From IMG/VR virus record IMGVR_UViG_3300017763_000007: a stretch of DNA of 64,000 nt; one strand, written 5' to 3'. Below, piece by piece: positions 8,576 to 18,489 of this stretch (positions are counted from its first letter, which is position 1; every line of letters starts with the position of its first letter). A program made the translations under genes and the position numbers. The notes beneath the pieces were generated by a model. It was not told the DNA's origin. It saw nothing but the letters and a program-made list of their open reading frames with translations, and did not search any database. The DNA comes from a virus.

Positions 8576-10756
8576 ATGGCACTTCGATTAGCATCTCCGG
8601 GTATTTCTATACGGGAAGTTGACCTAACTCGTGGTGGCGTTGATTTTACAACCAACGTCGTAGCAGGTTTTGTCGGTCCCTTTCGGAAAGGACCCGTAAA
8701 CGAGATTACTCGTATCAATAACGAGAAAGAACTCGTTGATGTTTTCGGGCAACCGGGAATTGGAAAGTCAGATTATCATTATGAGGTTTTTCTTTCCGCA
8801 TCACACTTCCTCTCATATGGAGGAAAATTAGATGTGGTACGTTGCAAGGGTGGAGACCTTGTAAACGCAAACGCAGCGGCTGGTTACGCTCATACCACCA
8901 ACCTTTTGGTTGAAAATGAGGACGATTATTACAACAATCAAGCAGACGATCTTCACTGGTACTTTGCTGCTAAGAACCCTGGTGCTTGGTCAAACCAAGT
9001 AAAAGTCGCAGTTATTGATAACTTCGCTGACCAGACTGTTACCCCTACACTTCAAACTGGTACCATTGCATCCAACGTGACCGTTGGTATGGGTGTTACT
9101 CAACATCTGACAGGGAAAACTGTTGGATTGGGCACGGTGACTGATGCAACAGGCATCCTGAAAGGTATCGTTACTGCCAAGACTGCCACAACAATCGACA
9201 TCCGAGTTGTTAGCACGGTTGTTGCAGGAACTGAAACTGTTGTTGATTATCAGCAAAACTCCCAACGTGAGTTCAAGACTGGTAGTCCCCTGAACTTTGT
9301 AAACAGTTCCGGAAACACTGTTGCCATGGGGCAAACAGCGTCTTCTGTGGATTGGTATAACTCCCAGAACATTCTGACCAGCGTTGCTGACGGTGGTACT
9401 GATCTGGTGACCTTGCCTTGGCGTTCTGTTCTGAACCGCCCTCAGACCAACAACTATACTTCAAACCGTGATGGCAACAATGATGCCCTTCACATTGTAG
9501 TTGTTGATGCTGGTGGTCAAGTAACTGGTGATGTAGGTTCCGTTCTGGAGAAGTTCAGTAACCTGTCTAAGTCCAGTGACGCTGAAGTTGCTGGTGGTCG
9601 TCAGATTTACTACAAGAATTACATTGCTGAGAACTCTGAGTTCCTCTGGGCAGGTGTTTCGCTGGTGAACGGCACCGACAACTTCAACAACACGTCACCT
9701 ATTGCTTCTGGATTTAGTGCTGGGTTTGCACCTATCACTTCTGGTGCTGGTGCTTGGGGTCAAGAATCTAAAGACCTCAAGTTCAACCTGGTAGGTAACG
9801 TCAAGTATACCTTACTGGGTGGTCTAGACTACACCGGTATCGGAGTATTTGATGCACCTCTAGGAGACATCCTAACTTCTTATAACAAGTTTGCCGATCC
9901 TGTAGACAGCGACATTCGCTTCCTCCTTCAGGGTGGTGCCTTCAAGAGTAAAGAAGAAGAGCAGGCAAAAGCAAACAAGATGATCCAAATCTGCGAATTG
10001 CGGAAGGATTGCATCGCGTTTATTTCACCCTGCCGGAGTTCTCAAGTCAATGTGACTGAGTCTTCTGACAAACTGAAGAACACTCTTGAGTTCTTCTCAC
10101 CTATTACCTCCAGTTCATACGCCGTCTTCGACTCTGGTTACCAGTACGTATACGACCGCTTCAATAAGCAGTTCGTCTACATGCCGATTTCTGCTGACAT
10201 TGCTGGTCTTTGTGCACGGACTGACCGGGATAATTTCCCATGGTTCTCTCCTGCAGGTCAGGCACGTGGTGGTCTGAACTTTGCCATCAAACTGGCATTC
10301 AACCCAGGGCAAGATTCCCGAGATCAGCTCTATTCAAACCGGATCAACCCTGTCATCTCTCAACCTGGTGGCGGTATTATCCTGTTCGGAGACAAGACGG
10401 GTCTTTCCTTCGAGAGTGCGTTTGATCGCATCAACGTTCGTCGCCTCTTCATCACCCTGGAGAAAGCGATTGAGAACGCTGCTAAGTCTCAACTCTTTGA
10501 ACTCAATGATGCTGGAACTCGTTCCAACTTCATCAACATTGTCGAACCTTTCCTCCGCGACGTGCAAGCGAAGCGTGGTCTAACCGACTTCCTGCTCGTC
10601 TGCGATGAGACGAACAACACCCCCGAGGCAATCGACCGCAATGAGTTTATTGCTGACATCTACCTCAAACCCGCCCGCTCGATCAACTTCATTGGTCTGA
10701 CGTTTGTTGCTACCCGCACTGGCGTTAGCTTTAGCGAAGTCGTCGGCACCGTCTGA
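8576..10756 (+). CDS. gp18: tail sheath protein gp18
   Basis: LASPGISIREVDLT start; PWFSPAG, GDKT, RINVRRLF, KPARSINFI. Confidence 0.97.
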   Translation: MALRLASPGISIREVDLTRGGVDFTTNVVAGFVGPFRKGPVNEITRINNEKELVDVFGQPGIGKSDYHYEVFLSASHFLSYGGKLDVVRCKGGDLVNANAAAGYAHTTNLLVENEDDYYNNQADDLHWYFAAKNPGAWSNQVKVAVIDNFADQTVTPTLQTGTIASNVTVGMGVTQHLTGKTVGLGTVTDATGILKGIVTAKTATTIDIRVVSTVVAGTETVVDYQQNSQREFKTGSPLNFVNSSGNTVAMGQTASSVDWYNSQNILTSVADGGTDLVTLPWRSVLNRPQTNNYTSNRDGNNDALHIVVVDAGGQVTGDVGSVLEKFSNLSKSSDAEVAGGRQIYYKNYIAENSEFLWAGVSLVNGTDNFNNTSPIASGFSAGFAPITSGAGAWGQESKDLKFNLVGNVKYTLLGGLDYTGIGVFDAPLGDILTSYNKFADPVDSDIRFLLQGGAFKSKEEEQAKANKMIQICELRKDCIAFISPCRSSQVNVTESSDKLKNTLEFFSPITSSSYAVFDSGYQYVYDRFNKQFVYMPISADIAGLCARTDRDNFPWFSPAGQARGGLNFAIKLAFNPGQDSRDQLYSNRINPVISQPGGGIILFGDKTGLSFESAFDRINVRRLFITLEKAIENAAKSQLFELNDAGTRSNFINIVEPFLRDVQAKRGLTDFLLVCDETNNTPEAIDRNEFIADIYLKPARSINFIGLTFVATRTGVSFSEVVGTV

Positions 10757-10775
10757 TCAATAGGAGAATCAACTA

Positions 10776-11411
10776 ATGGCTTTAGATAGGAACATTTTTT
10801 CCATACCAAACAACGAACGATCTATTGACTCGTTCAAGTCTCGTCTGACGGGCGGCGGTGCTCGCGCTAATCTCTTTGAGGTTGAGATGGACTTCCCTTC
10901 GGGAGTCGGCATCTTTGATGAAGACATCGAAGACACCACATACCGGATGATGATCAAGGGAGCACAACTCCCTGCATCAAACATCCAGGAAGTGATCGTC
11001 CCCTTCCGGGGTCGTCAACTCAAAGTTGCTGGGGATCGCCGTTTCGATCCTTGGACCATCACTGTAATCAACGATGGTGACTTCAAAATTCGCGAAGCAT
11101 TTGAGCGGTGGTCAAACTTTATCACCAAAGTGTCTGATGGTTCTGGAACTGTCAACCCCAGTGAGTATTATGCTGACTGGACTGTGAACCAATTGGGTCG
11201 TGCAAGCACTAACCTCAATGTTCAGGGTAAGGACAACCCCGCACAACTTCCTGTACTGCGTCGCTACTCAATGAAGGGTTGCTGGCCTAGTGCTGTTGGT
11301 GCTGTTGAGTTGTCTTATGACTCTGCAGATACCATCGAAGAGTTCCAGGTTACACTACAGGTTCAGTGGTGGGCTGCTTATGACGGCAATAACAGTGGTT
11401 CTGTGGTCTGA
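10776..11411 (+). CDS. gp19: tail tube protein gp19
   Basis: GGARANLFEV, PFRGRQLKVAGDRRFDPWTITV. Confidence 0.96.
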   Translation: MALDRNIFSIPNNERSIDSFKSRLTGGGARANLFEVEMDFPSGVGIFDEDIEDTTYRMMIKGAQLPASNIQEVIVPFRGRQLKVAGDRRFDPWTITVINDGDFKIREAFERWSNFITKVSDGSGTVNPSEYYADWTVNQLGRASTNLNVQGKDNPAQLPVLRRYSMKGCWPSAVGAVELSYDSADTIEEFQVTLQVQWWAAYDGNNSGSVV

Positions 11412-11417
11412 TAAATA
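11411..11417 (+). promoter_or_regulatory. late promoter (ATAAATA)
   Basis: Upstream of gp20. Confidence 0.6.
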
Positions 11418-11445
11418 TATCGATTAGACCAACTACCCTATTATT

Positions 11446-13104
11446 ATGACCAAACTTTTTGGTTTTTCAATTGATGATGAATCAAAAAAGTCGAAAGGTG
11501 TAATCAGCCCTGTCGCTCCTAACAAGGAAGACGGATCTGATTACTACCTTTCTTCGGGTTTTTATGGACAGTATGTTGATATTGAAGGTGTCTTCAGGAC
11601 CGAGTTTGATATCATCAAACGCTACAGGGATATGTCCCTGCATCCAGAATGCGACACTGCTGTAGAGCACGTAGTCAATGAGGCAATTGTCTCAGACCTA
11701 AATGATTCCCCCGTGGAAATTGACCTTGACAACCTTCAAGTCGGTCAATCTCTCAAGAATGTTATTCGTGATGAGTTCAAGAATGTAAAAGATCTTCTTG
11801 AATTTGATAAAAAGTCGCACGAAATTTTCCGCAACTGGTATGTGGATGGGCGACTGTACTACCACAAGGTAATCGACGTACAGAAACCTGACGAAGGTAT
11901 CAAAGAGATTCGATATATCGACGCCCTCAAAATCAAGTTGATGAGGGTCAAACCTGCAGACAAGAGTAAAGGCATTCCTGACATGCCTATGCCTGACAAC
12001 TCTGCAATTAGTGTTACCAAAGATACTAAGATTCAAGAATTTTATACTTACTACCCTGCAGGTGTAGCACAGAAGTATGGTTCTGTTGCAGGTAAGGGCG
12101 TACGAATCGCTAAGGATTCTATCTGCCATATCACCTCTGGTCTTATTGATCGCAATAAAAAACTTACTCTTTCTTACCTACACAAGGCAATCAAGGGTCT
12201 GAACCAACTACGGATGATCGAGGACTCCCTCGTTATCTACCGTTTGTCGCGTGCACCTGAACGTCGTATCTTCTACATCGACGTTGGCAACCTACCAAAG
12301 GTCAAGGCAGAACAGTATCTGCGTGACGTGATGAGTCGTTACCGGAACAAGTTGGTGTATGACGCTAACACTGGTGAGATCAAAGATGACAAGAAGTTCA
12401 TGTCCATGTTGGAAGACTTCTGGTTGCCTCGCCGTGAAGGTGGTCGTGGAACAGAAATCACCACACTTCCTGGAGGTCAGAATCTAGGTGAACTTGCTGA
12501 CATTGAATACTTCCAGAAGAAACTATATCGTTCATTGAACGTTCCTGAGTCTCGCATCGCTGGTGATAGTGGATTCAACATGGGTCGCTCTAGTGAGATC
12601 CTTCGTGACGAACTGATGTTTAGTAAGTTTGTGGGTCGTCTCCGCAAGCGTTTCTCTGCACTGTTCCTTGATCTACTGAAAACTCAGTTGATTCTCAAGA
12701 ACATTGTTACTCCCGAAGATTGGGAGAAGATGGCAGAGCATATTCAGTTTGACTATCTGTATGACAATCACTTTGCAGAACTCAAAGAAACTGAGTTGAT
12801 GAATGAAAGGTTGAACGTCATGGTTCAAATTGAACCTTACATCGGTACCTACTACTCACGTGATTATGTGAAGCGTAAGATCTTACGTCAGACCGACGAA
12901 GAGATTCTTGAAATGGAACAGGAGATGGAAGAGGAGAATGCAACAGGAGTAGGAGTGCCGTTAGAAACTCAAAATGCGATCATGCAAGGTCAGATTGAGA
13001 ACGGTCAGATTGGCAATAATCAGAACGGTCAATCGGGCAAAGTCCCTACCGATCCTAAGGATGGAGATGCGCCCCTTCTAGATATCAAGAAAGCCAAGAT
13101 ATAA
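11446..13104 (+). CDS. gp20: portal vertex protein gp20
   Basis: YRLSRAPERRIFYIDVGNLPK, EDFWLPRREGGRGTEITTLPGGQNLG. Confidence 0.97.
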   Translation: MTKLFGFSIDDESKKSKGVISPVAPNKEDGSDYYLSSGFYGQYVDIEGVFRTEFDIIKRYRDMSLHPECDTAVEHVVNEAIVSDLNDSPVEIDLDNLQVGQSLKNVIRDEFKNVKDLLEFDKKSHEIFRNWYVDGRLYYHKVIDVQKPDEGIKEIRYIDALKIKLMRVKPADKSKGIPDMPMPDNSAISVTKDTKIQEFYTYYPAGVAQKYGSVAGKGVRIAKDSICHITSGLIDRNKKLTLSYLHKAIKGLNQLRMIEDSLVIYRLSRAPERRIFYIDVGNLPKVKAEQYLRDVMSRYRNKLVYDANTGEIKDDKKFMSMLEDFWLPRREGGRGTEITTLPGGQNLGELADIEYFQKKLYRSLNVPESRIAGDSGFNMGRSSEILRDELMFSKFVGRLRKRFSALFLDLLKTQLILKNIVTPEDWEKMAEHIQFDYLYDNHFAELKETELMNERLNVMVQIEPYIGTYYSRDYVKRKILRQTDEEILEMEQEMEEENATGVGVPLETQNAIMQGQIENGQIGNNQNGQSGKVPTDPKDGDAPLLDIKKAKI

Positions 13105-13107
13105 ATA
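13100..13107 (+). promoter_or_regulatory. late promoter (TATAAATA)
   Basis: Perfect T4 late consensus. Confidence 0.75.
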
Positions 13108-13133
13108 ACCTTTAGCGTTTCTACTACTTCATA

Positions 13134-13358
13134 ATGGATACTGATCAGCTTCTCGATATGATGGGTTCTAAGGAATCCACTCCCAGTGAAATTCATGATG
13201 CCATCAAAACTCTGTTGACTCAAAAGTCAGCAGACAAAGTTGGGGAAGTTACTCCTGCTGTTGCGGCAGGTATTTTTGGAGATACTTCAGGCGAAGATGC
13301 TCCAGCAAATGAAGTAGAGACTGAGACTGAAACTGAAACCGAAGAGGAGTCCGAGTGA
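13134..13358 (+). CDS. small acidic prohead core protein (gp67-like position)
   Basis: Position after the portal gene; acidic ETETETEEESE tail. Confidence 0.6.
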   Translation: MDTDQLLDMMGSKESTPSEIHDAIKTLLTQKSADKVGEVTPAVAAGIFGDTSGEDAPANEVETETETETEEESE

Positions 13359-13915
13359 TGCAAGCACTGAAACTTGTAGCCGACCATGGTGAACTGTCAA
13401 GTAATGATGCAACCACGGTTGCGTCCAGTGCCGTCACTATTCAAAGTGGTCTGTTATATCTGGCATGTAGTTCTGAGAAAAAAAGTGGACACATCTCTGT
13501 GTGTAACACTATCGCAGAAGCTGGCATCGGATCGTTTCATATCGAGAAAGGACATGGGTTCCTCTATCGTTATGGTCACCCGGCACATGCCAAGATTATT
13601 GGTGTCACTAAAGGTACATCGACGGTCATGGCGATCGATTTTCCAGACACAAAAATCAAGGTAGGAGATTTCGTAACTATGACCGGCGCTGCTGTCGGTG
13701 CATATAACAGCACTTTGGCACACGTTGAAGTCACTGCGATTTCTGATCCTCAGTCATATAATGCTTACTCTAAGACCATTACGGTCGATGCTGACACAGC
13801 ATCATTAGGAGATTTTACTGGAACTGCAGAGATTTCTAAGTCCGTCATTGTGCGACTTGCTCCCGAAACTTCTGATGGTTGCACTATGCATGTACACGAG
13901 GTCAATCTAGCATGA
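13358..13915 (+). CDS. conserved cyanophage head-region hypothetical protein
   Basis: ORF coupled between the core protein and gp21. Confidence 0.65.
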   Translation: MQALKLVADHGELSSNDATTVASSAVTIQSGLLYLACSSEKKSGHISVCNTIAEAGIGSFHIEKGHGFLYRYGHPAHAKIIGVTKGTSTVMAIDFPDTKIKVGDFVTMTGAAVGAYNSTLAHVEVTAISDPQSYNAYSKTITVDADTASLGDFTGTAEISKSVIVRLAPETSDGCTMHVHEVNLA

Positions 13916-14559
13916 AACTTATCTCAGAAGAAATTGAAGCAGTAGATATTCTTACCGAAGAAAAAGACGGTAAGAAAACTCTCTATATTCAAGGACCTTT
14001 CCTTCAAGCAGAAGTTGTAAACCGGAATAAGCGGTGCTATGGCCTCGGCACTATGGTCAAAGAGGTTGCTCGTTACAACGAATCTTACACCAATAAAGGT
14101 CGTGCCCTTGGTGAACTGGGTCACCCAGATGGTCCCCAGATCAACCTGGATCGAGTGTCCCATAAGATTGTGTCTTTGACCCAAGAAGGTAATAACTTTG
14201 TAGGTAAGGCACAAATTTTGTCTACCCCTATGGGCAAGATCGCTGAGTCCCTCATTAGTGAGGGTGTAAAACTTGGCGTTTCCTCTAGGGGAATGGGATC
14301 CATTACTCAGCGTGATGGTATCAGTTATGTTGGCGAAGATTTTATGCTCGCCACCGCTGCTGATATTGTTGCCGATCCTTCTGCTCCCGACGCTTTTGTG
14401 GACGGAATTATGGAAGGGAAAGAATGGGTCTGGGAAGGCGGTATGCTTCGCGAAAAGTCTTGTAAGGCAATCGAAGAGAGTATAAATACCGCTGTAGATG
14501 AAGGAGTGCTTGAGGCACACAAGTTGCGCCTTTTTGCACAATTCCTTTCAGATCTATAA
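13912..14559 (+). CDS. gp21: prohead protease gp21
   Basis: GELGHPDGP, LGVSSRGMGS, DIVADPSAPDAFV; start set at ATG 13912. Confidence 0.96.
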   Translation: MKLISEEIEAVDILTEEKDGKKTLYIQGPFLQAEVVNRNKRCYGLGTMVKEVARYNESYTNKGRALGELGHPDGPQINLDRVSHKIVSLTQEGNNFVGKAQILSTPMGKIAESLISEGVKLGVSSRGMGSITQRDGISYVGEDFMLATAADIVADPSAPDAFVDGIMEGKEWVWEGGMLREKSCKAIEESINTAVDEGVLEAHKLRLFAQFLSDL

Positions 14560-14563
14560 AACT

Positions 14564-14570
14564 CTAAATA
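14564..14570 (+). promoter_or_regulatory. late promoter (CTAAATA)
   Basis: Upstream of gp22. Confidence 0.65.
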
Positions 14571-14606
14571 ATAACAGCAATAACTAGGACTTACGGAAAC
14601 TAACCG

Positions 14607-15698
14607 ATGGCTGAAGCGAAACAAACACTAGATGAAATGGAGAACCAGGTTACTAAAGGTGCAGCTAAAGCGGATCCTATGCCAAAGGCTCCCAACTACG
14701 TGCCTGATAACGCCGCGATCGAAGATCTCGGTGGACCAACTCCTACTAATTCCAGACCAGATGACGACAGCAATAAGCTGAAGACACCTGGCGCATCCTT
14801 TGCCCAATCAGGCGACGTTCAATTTAGGAACGCTGCTGGCAAAGTTCAACTTCCAGGACCTGCTGCTCTGAAGAGCACTGGTTATGGAAAAGGTGCCAAC
14901 GAAGAAACCGAATCCGAGGAAGAGGTGGTTGCAGAAACCCCCGAAACCAAAGATCCTGTTGTTGCTGAAGAAGAGCAAGTCGAAGCCATCGATATCGATG
15001 TGTCTGAAGACGTTGCTGCTCTGCTCGAAGGAGAAGAACTCTCTGCCGAGTTCCAAGAAAAGACCGCTACAATCTTTGAAGCTGCTGTACGTAGCAAGAT
15101 TGATCAAGTGGCAAGCACTCTGGAAGCTCAGTTCAGCGAAGCATTTGACCAAGAGGTCGCTAGCTTCAAGACTGAGATGACCGAGCGTGTTGATTCATAC
15201 CTAGAGTTCGTTGCGAACGAGTGGATCAACGAGAATGCGCTGCAGGTCGAATCAGGAATCCGAGGTGAACTTTCGGAATCCTTTATGACGGGTCTCAAGA
15301 CCCTTTTTGAAGAACATTATGTTGAAATCCCTGAAGATAAATATGATGTCTTAGAAGCGATGACTTCTAAGTTAGATGAAATGGAGACAAAACTCAACGA
15401 ACAGATCGACAGCAACGTCGCATTGACTCAGCGACTGTCGGCGTCTGTTTCTGACAACATCCTCGATGAAGTAAGTGAAGGTCTGGCACTGTCCCAAAAG
15501 GACAAGCTTTCGGAACTCTCTAAAGGTGTTGAGTTTGAAAGTGAAGAACAGTACCGGGAAAAGCTCGCTACTTTGAAGGAATCGTATTTTACGAAACCTG
15601 TAGTTGAGTCCCAAGAAGTTAGCAGCGAAGAGAGCATCGTCGAAGATCATTCTCCGGCAATGAATGCATATCTCAGTGCTCTAACTAAGTTCCAATAG
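14607..15698 (+). CDS. gp22: prohead core scaffold gp22
   Basis: Acidic coiled-coil protein; EFQEKTATIFEAAV, LKTLFEEHY; lies before gp23. Confidence 0.92.
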   Translation: MAEAKQTLDEMENQVTKGAAKADPMPKAPNYVPDNAAIEDLGGPTPTNSRPDDDSNKLKTPGASFAQSGDVQFRNAAGKVQLPGPAALKSTGYGKGANEETESEEEVVAETPETKDPVVAEEEQVEAIDIDVSEDVAALLEGEELSAEFQEKTATIFEAAVRSKIDQVASTLEAQFSEAFDQEVASFKTEMTERVDSYLEFVANEWINENALQVESGIRGELSESFMTGLKTLFEEHYVEIPEDKYDVLEAMTSKLDEMETKLNEQIDSNVALTQRLSASVSDNILDEVSEGLALSQKDKLSELSKGVEFESEEQYREKLATLKESYFTKPVVESQEVSSEESIVEDHSPAMNAYLSALTKFQ

Positions 15699-15738
15699 TA
15701 TTAGAACAACACCCCCAACACCCTAATAGGTATACCCA

Positions 15739-17145
15739 ATGTTCAATTCTGGATCCCTCCAGAAGAAGTGGGCACCTCTGCTAGAGGCCGAAGGACTTGA
15801 TTCAATCAAGGACAACCACCGCAGAGCTGTAACAGCCCAACTTCTCGAAAACCAAGAACGTTTTCTCCGTGAGGAGCGTGCATTCCTGAGCGAAGCACCC
15901 CCTACGGTCAACACAGATCCCGGCGGCGCAGGCGTTGCTGGTTTTAGTGGCGGCGCTGGTGCCGCTGGTCCTGTCGCAGGTTTCGACCCTGTGCTGATCA
16001 GCTTGATCCGTCGCTCCATGCCCAACCTGGTCGCTTATGACCTCGCTGGTGTTCAGCCGATGAACGGTCCTACTGGACTGATCTTCGCAATGCGTTCACG
16101 CTACGACAATCAGTCTGGCACAGAAGCATTCTTCAACGAGCCCGATTCGGCATTCTCCGCACAGAACTCTGCTGCCAGCTTGGCACAGGGTGACTACACC
16201 GGAGCAACTGATGGTGGCACTGCTGTTGGTTTCGGTACGACCGCCCAAGGTGGTAGCAACCCATCCATCCTCAACGGTGGTGCAGACAACGCTTACAGCA
16301 CTGGACAAGGTTTCAACACCCAAGCTTCTGAAGCACTGGGCGATGGTTCCTCGAACGACTTCCGTGAGATGGCGTTCAGCATCGAGAAAGTCTCGGTGAC
16401 CGCCAAATCACGTGCCCTGAAGGCCGAGTACAGCCTTGAGCTTGCTCAAGACTTGAAGGCAATTCACGGTTTGGATGCCGAAGCGGAACTCGCCAACATC
16501 CTCAGCACTGAAATCCTTGCTGAGATCAACCGCGAGATCATCCGTACGATCTACAAGTCCGCCGAAGCTGGTGCTCAAACAAACACTGCCACAACTGGCG
16601 TGTTCGACCTTGACACCGACAGCAACGGTCGTTGGATGGTTGAGAAGTTCAAAGGAATGATCTTCCAACTGGAGCGTGATGCTAACGCCATCGCACAAAG
16701 AACTCGTCGCGGGAAGGGTAACATCCTCCTTTGCTCCGCTGATGTTGCTTCTGCCCTGACCGCCGCTGGTCAACTGGACTACACCCCCGCCCTGTCATCC
16801 AACATGAATGTTGATGACACCGGCAACACCTTCGCTGGTGTGCTCAACGGTCGCTATCGCGTCTACATTGACCCGTTTGCTGCTAACCTGAGTGCTGATC
16901 AGTATTACGTGATGGGCTACAAGGGTTCTAACCCTTATGACGCCGGTCTGTTCTACTGCCCTTACGTGCCCCTGCAGATGGTTCGCGCCGTTGGTCAGGA
17001 CACCTTCCAGCCAAAAATCGGATTCAAGACTCGCTACGGCATGGTCGCGAACCCCTACGCCGAAGGCACCACACAGGGTCTCGGACGTATCACTGCTGGT
17101 TCCAACCGCTACTACCGTCGCGTCAAGGTCCAAAACCTCATGTGA
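15739..17145 (+). CDS. gp23: major capsid protein gp23
   Basis: FDPVLISLIRR, GVQPMNGPTGLIFAMR, FYCPYVPLQM, FQPKIGFKTRYG. Confidence 0.98.
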   Translation: MFNSGSLQKKWAPLLEAEGLDSIKDNHRRAVTAQLLENQERFLREERAFLSEAPPTVNTDPGGAGVAGFSGGAGAAGPVAGFDPVLISLIRRSMPNLVAYDLAGVQPMNGPTGLIFAMRSRYDNQSGTEAFFNEPDSAFSAQNSAASLAQGDYTGATDGGTAVGFGTTAQGGSNPSILNGGADNAYSTGQGFNTQASEALGDGSSNDFREMAFSIEKVSVTAKSRALKAEYSLELAQDLKAIHGLDAEAELANILSTEILAEINREIIRTIYKSAEAGAQTNTATTGVFDLDTDSNGRWMVEKFKGMIFQLERDANAIAQRTRRGKGNILLCSADVASALTAAGQLDYTPALSSNMNVDDTGNTFAGVLNGRYRVYIDPFAANLSADQYYVMGYKGSNPYDAGLFYCPYVPLQMVRAVGQDTFQPKIGFKTRYGMVANPYAEGTTQGLGRITAGSNRYYRRVKVQNLM

Positions 17146-17165
17146 TCACGGATCACATACTTTAC

Positions 17166-17193
17166 AGAGACTCCTTCGGGGGTCTCTTTTTTT
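17166..17193 (+). terminator. rho-independent terminator after gp23
   Basis: AGAGACTCC-TTCG-GGGGTCTCT stem followed by a T run. Confidence 0.9.
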
Positions 17194-17635
17194 ATGTGTA
17201 TGTAATTACAATCTTTCTATGCTGAGTTTTCTTATCACAGCAGAAGTAATATGTTGCTTTTCCATCTAGTAGACCAGTTGCTCTAGCAATGAGATCCATA
17301 GCAGCAAGTCTATCCGCTTCAGGACCTGCTTCAGGTTGCTCTCTATGCTTCTTCCACATGTCAGCAACCATATCTACAGGTTCTGGTGTCTGATAAGGTG
17401 GTGACGGTTGTGATTGCCACTCGTCTAGTTTCTCTTGTGTAGTATCTGCAATACGAAAAGGAGTACCGTCCTGAATAAACTCTTCGTTCATTTCTTGAAA
17501 TGTTTCTGGCGTGATCTTCATATTATTTTTCATCAACCAACATGGTTTGCAAAGAGGAACCATCATCAACTGAGGACACTGATTCGCTGGAGTTAGTTTA
17601 CCACAGGAACTACATTCTGTCTCCCACATTTTCAT
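17192..17635 (-). CDS. hypothetical protein with N-terminal Cys motifs (CxxC...CxxC)
   Basis: ECSSCG...LCKPCW; ATGA-coupled to the upstream ORF. Confidence 0.55.
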   Translation of the reverse strand: MKMWETECSSCGKLTPANQCPQLMMVPLCKPCWLMKNNMKITPETFQEMNEEFIQDGTPFRIADTTQEKLDEWQSQPSPPYQTPEPVDMVADMWKKHREQPEAGPEADRLAAMDLIARATGLLDGKATYYFCCDKKTQHRKIVITYT

Positions 17636-17931
17636 AATGTTCTATTCAATCTAGTTTCTGCTTGATCTGGGAAGTCTCTAGGTCTACTGTCAGTTGCGTT
17701 ATCAGTCTTAGGAGAACCCTCGTTCGCCTTCATAGTATGCTGATAGTTTGGTCGTGGGTATCTCATATAGAATGGATCAGGCATCCAGTATGTTACCTGC
17801 CATTCTTGTTCGGGACATAGTTCAAGATGCTTCTCTACACTATGAGAGAAACTGCCGAGTTGAATATAACCATCGTGAGTGATACATCTGCCGTTACCAG
17901 CATCAACCACGAACATCATCTTGCTACTCAT
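17632..17931 (-). CDS. conserved cyanophage hypothetical protein
   Basis: Coupled ORF in a minus-strand operon. Confidence 0.6.
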   Translation of the reverse strand: MSSKMMFVVDAGNGRCITHDGYIQLGSFSHSVEKHLELCPEQEWQVTYWMPDPFYMRYPRPNYQHTMKANEGSPKTDNATDSRPRDFPDQAETRLNRTL

Positions 17932-18077
17932 AGCAGTTCTTGCTCTGGGTTGAGATTTTTTACAAATTGCACAGGGTCTTGCTCAGACTTGTGTACCCAA
18001 TGATAACGCATGCATTCAAACATGGGATCCCACATTGTAACACACGTGTAATCAGATTTTTTATTTTCAGTCGTCAC
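17928..18077 (-). CDS. small hypothetical protein (49 aa, MTTENKKSDYTCVTMWDP...)
   Basis: Translated by hand; GTG start downstream of a TATAAATA; TGA overlaps the next ATG. Confidence 0.6.
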   Translation of the reverse strand: MTTENKKSDYTCVTMWDPMFECMRYHWVHKSEQDPVQFVKNLNPEQELL

Positions 18078-18089
18078 GATTTTTGACTT

Positions 18090-18097
18090 TATTTATA
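18090..18097 (-). promoter_or_regulatory. late promoter (TATAAATA)
   Basis: Perfect consensus on the minus strand, 12 nt before the GTG start. Confidence 0.75.
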
Positions 18098-18161
18098 GTA
18101 ATGTAAAAAAGATAGAAATGTTAGTAAATAAAGACAAAGTTACCTAGATAGTATTAGGATT

Positions 18162-18241
18162 AGGAGGACCTATGAAATGAAACCCTCAACTATTTTATGT
18201 TTCTTACTATGAGTTCACCTTACACAATTTTATATGCATAA
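18162..18241 (+). other. SD plus chain of overlapping mini-ORFs (MK*, MKPSTILCFLL*, MSSPYTILYA*)
   Basis: AGGAGG 18162-18167; ORFs 18172-18180, 18177-18212 and 18209-18241, each overlapping the next start codon. Confidence 0.5.
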
Positions 18242-18413
18242 CATAATCTCTCGCAACATTTTATCCGAGTGGGGTAGATTAGAACGATCTGTAGAATCTT
18301 TAGAAGAAACAGACACACAGATAGAGAAAATCAACGACTACTTTGAATGTATTATTGAATGTGAGGACGGTGCGTCTGCCTGTAAACGAATATGTAAAGA
18401 GATCTTAGTATAG
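18234..18413 (+). CDS. small Cys-motif protein (59 aa, MHNIISRN...YFECIIECEDGASACKRICKEIL)
   Basis: Translated by hand; CxxxC-x6-CxxxC; followed by a terminator. Confidence 0.7.
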   Translation: MHNIISRNILSEWGRLERSVESLEETDTQIEKINDYFECIIECEDGASACKRICKEILV

Positions 18414-18427
18414 GCATCGACAACCTG

Positions 18428-18457
18428 AACCCCCTCTTGAGTTAGAGGGGGTTTTTT
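18428..18457 (+). terminator. rho-independent terminator
   Basis: AACCCCCTCT-TGAGTT-AGAGGGGGTT followed by TTTT. Confidence 0.85.
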
Positions 18458-18489
18458 GGTATAGTAAATAGGGTAACGTCATTGCAACC

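Noticed and set aside
13315-13355. GAGACT/GAAACT microsatellite-like run
   Set aside because: It simply encodes the ET-repeat acidic tail of the prohead core protein
13924-14541. 205-aa antisense ORF opposite gp21, and many similar shadow ORFs opposite core genes
   Set aside because: Fully nested antisense to well-conserved genes, no recognisable motifs; expected from codon bias
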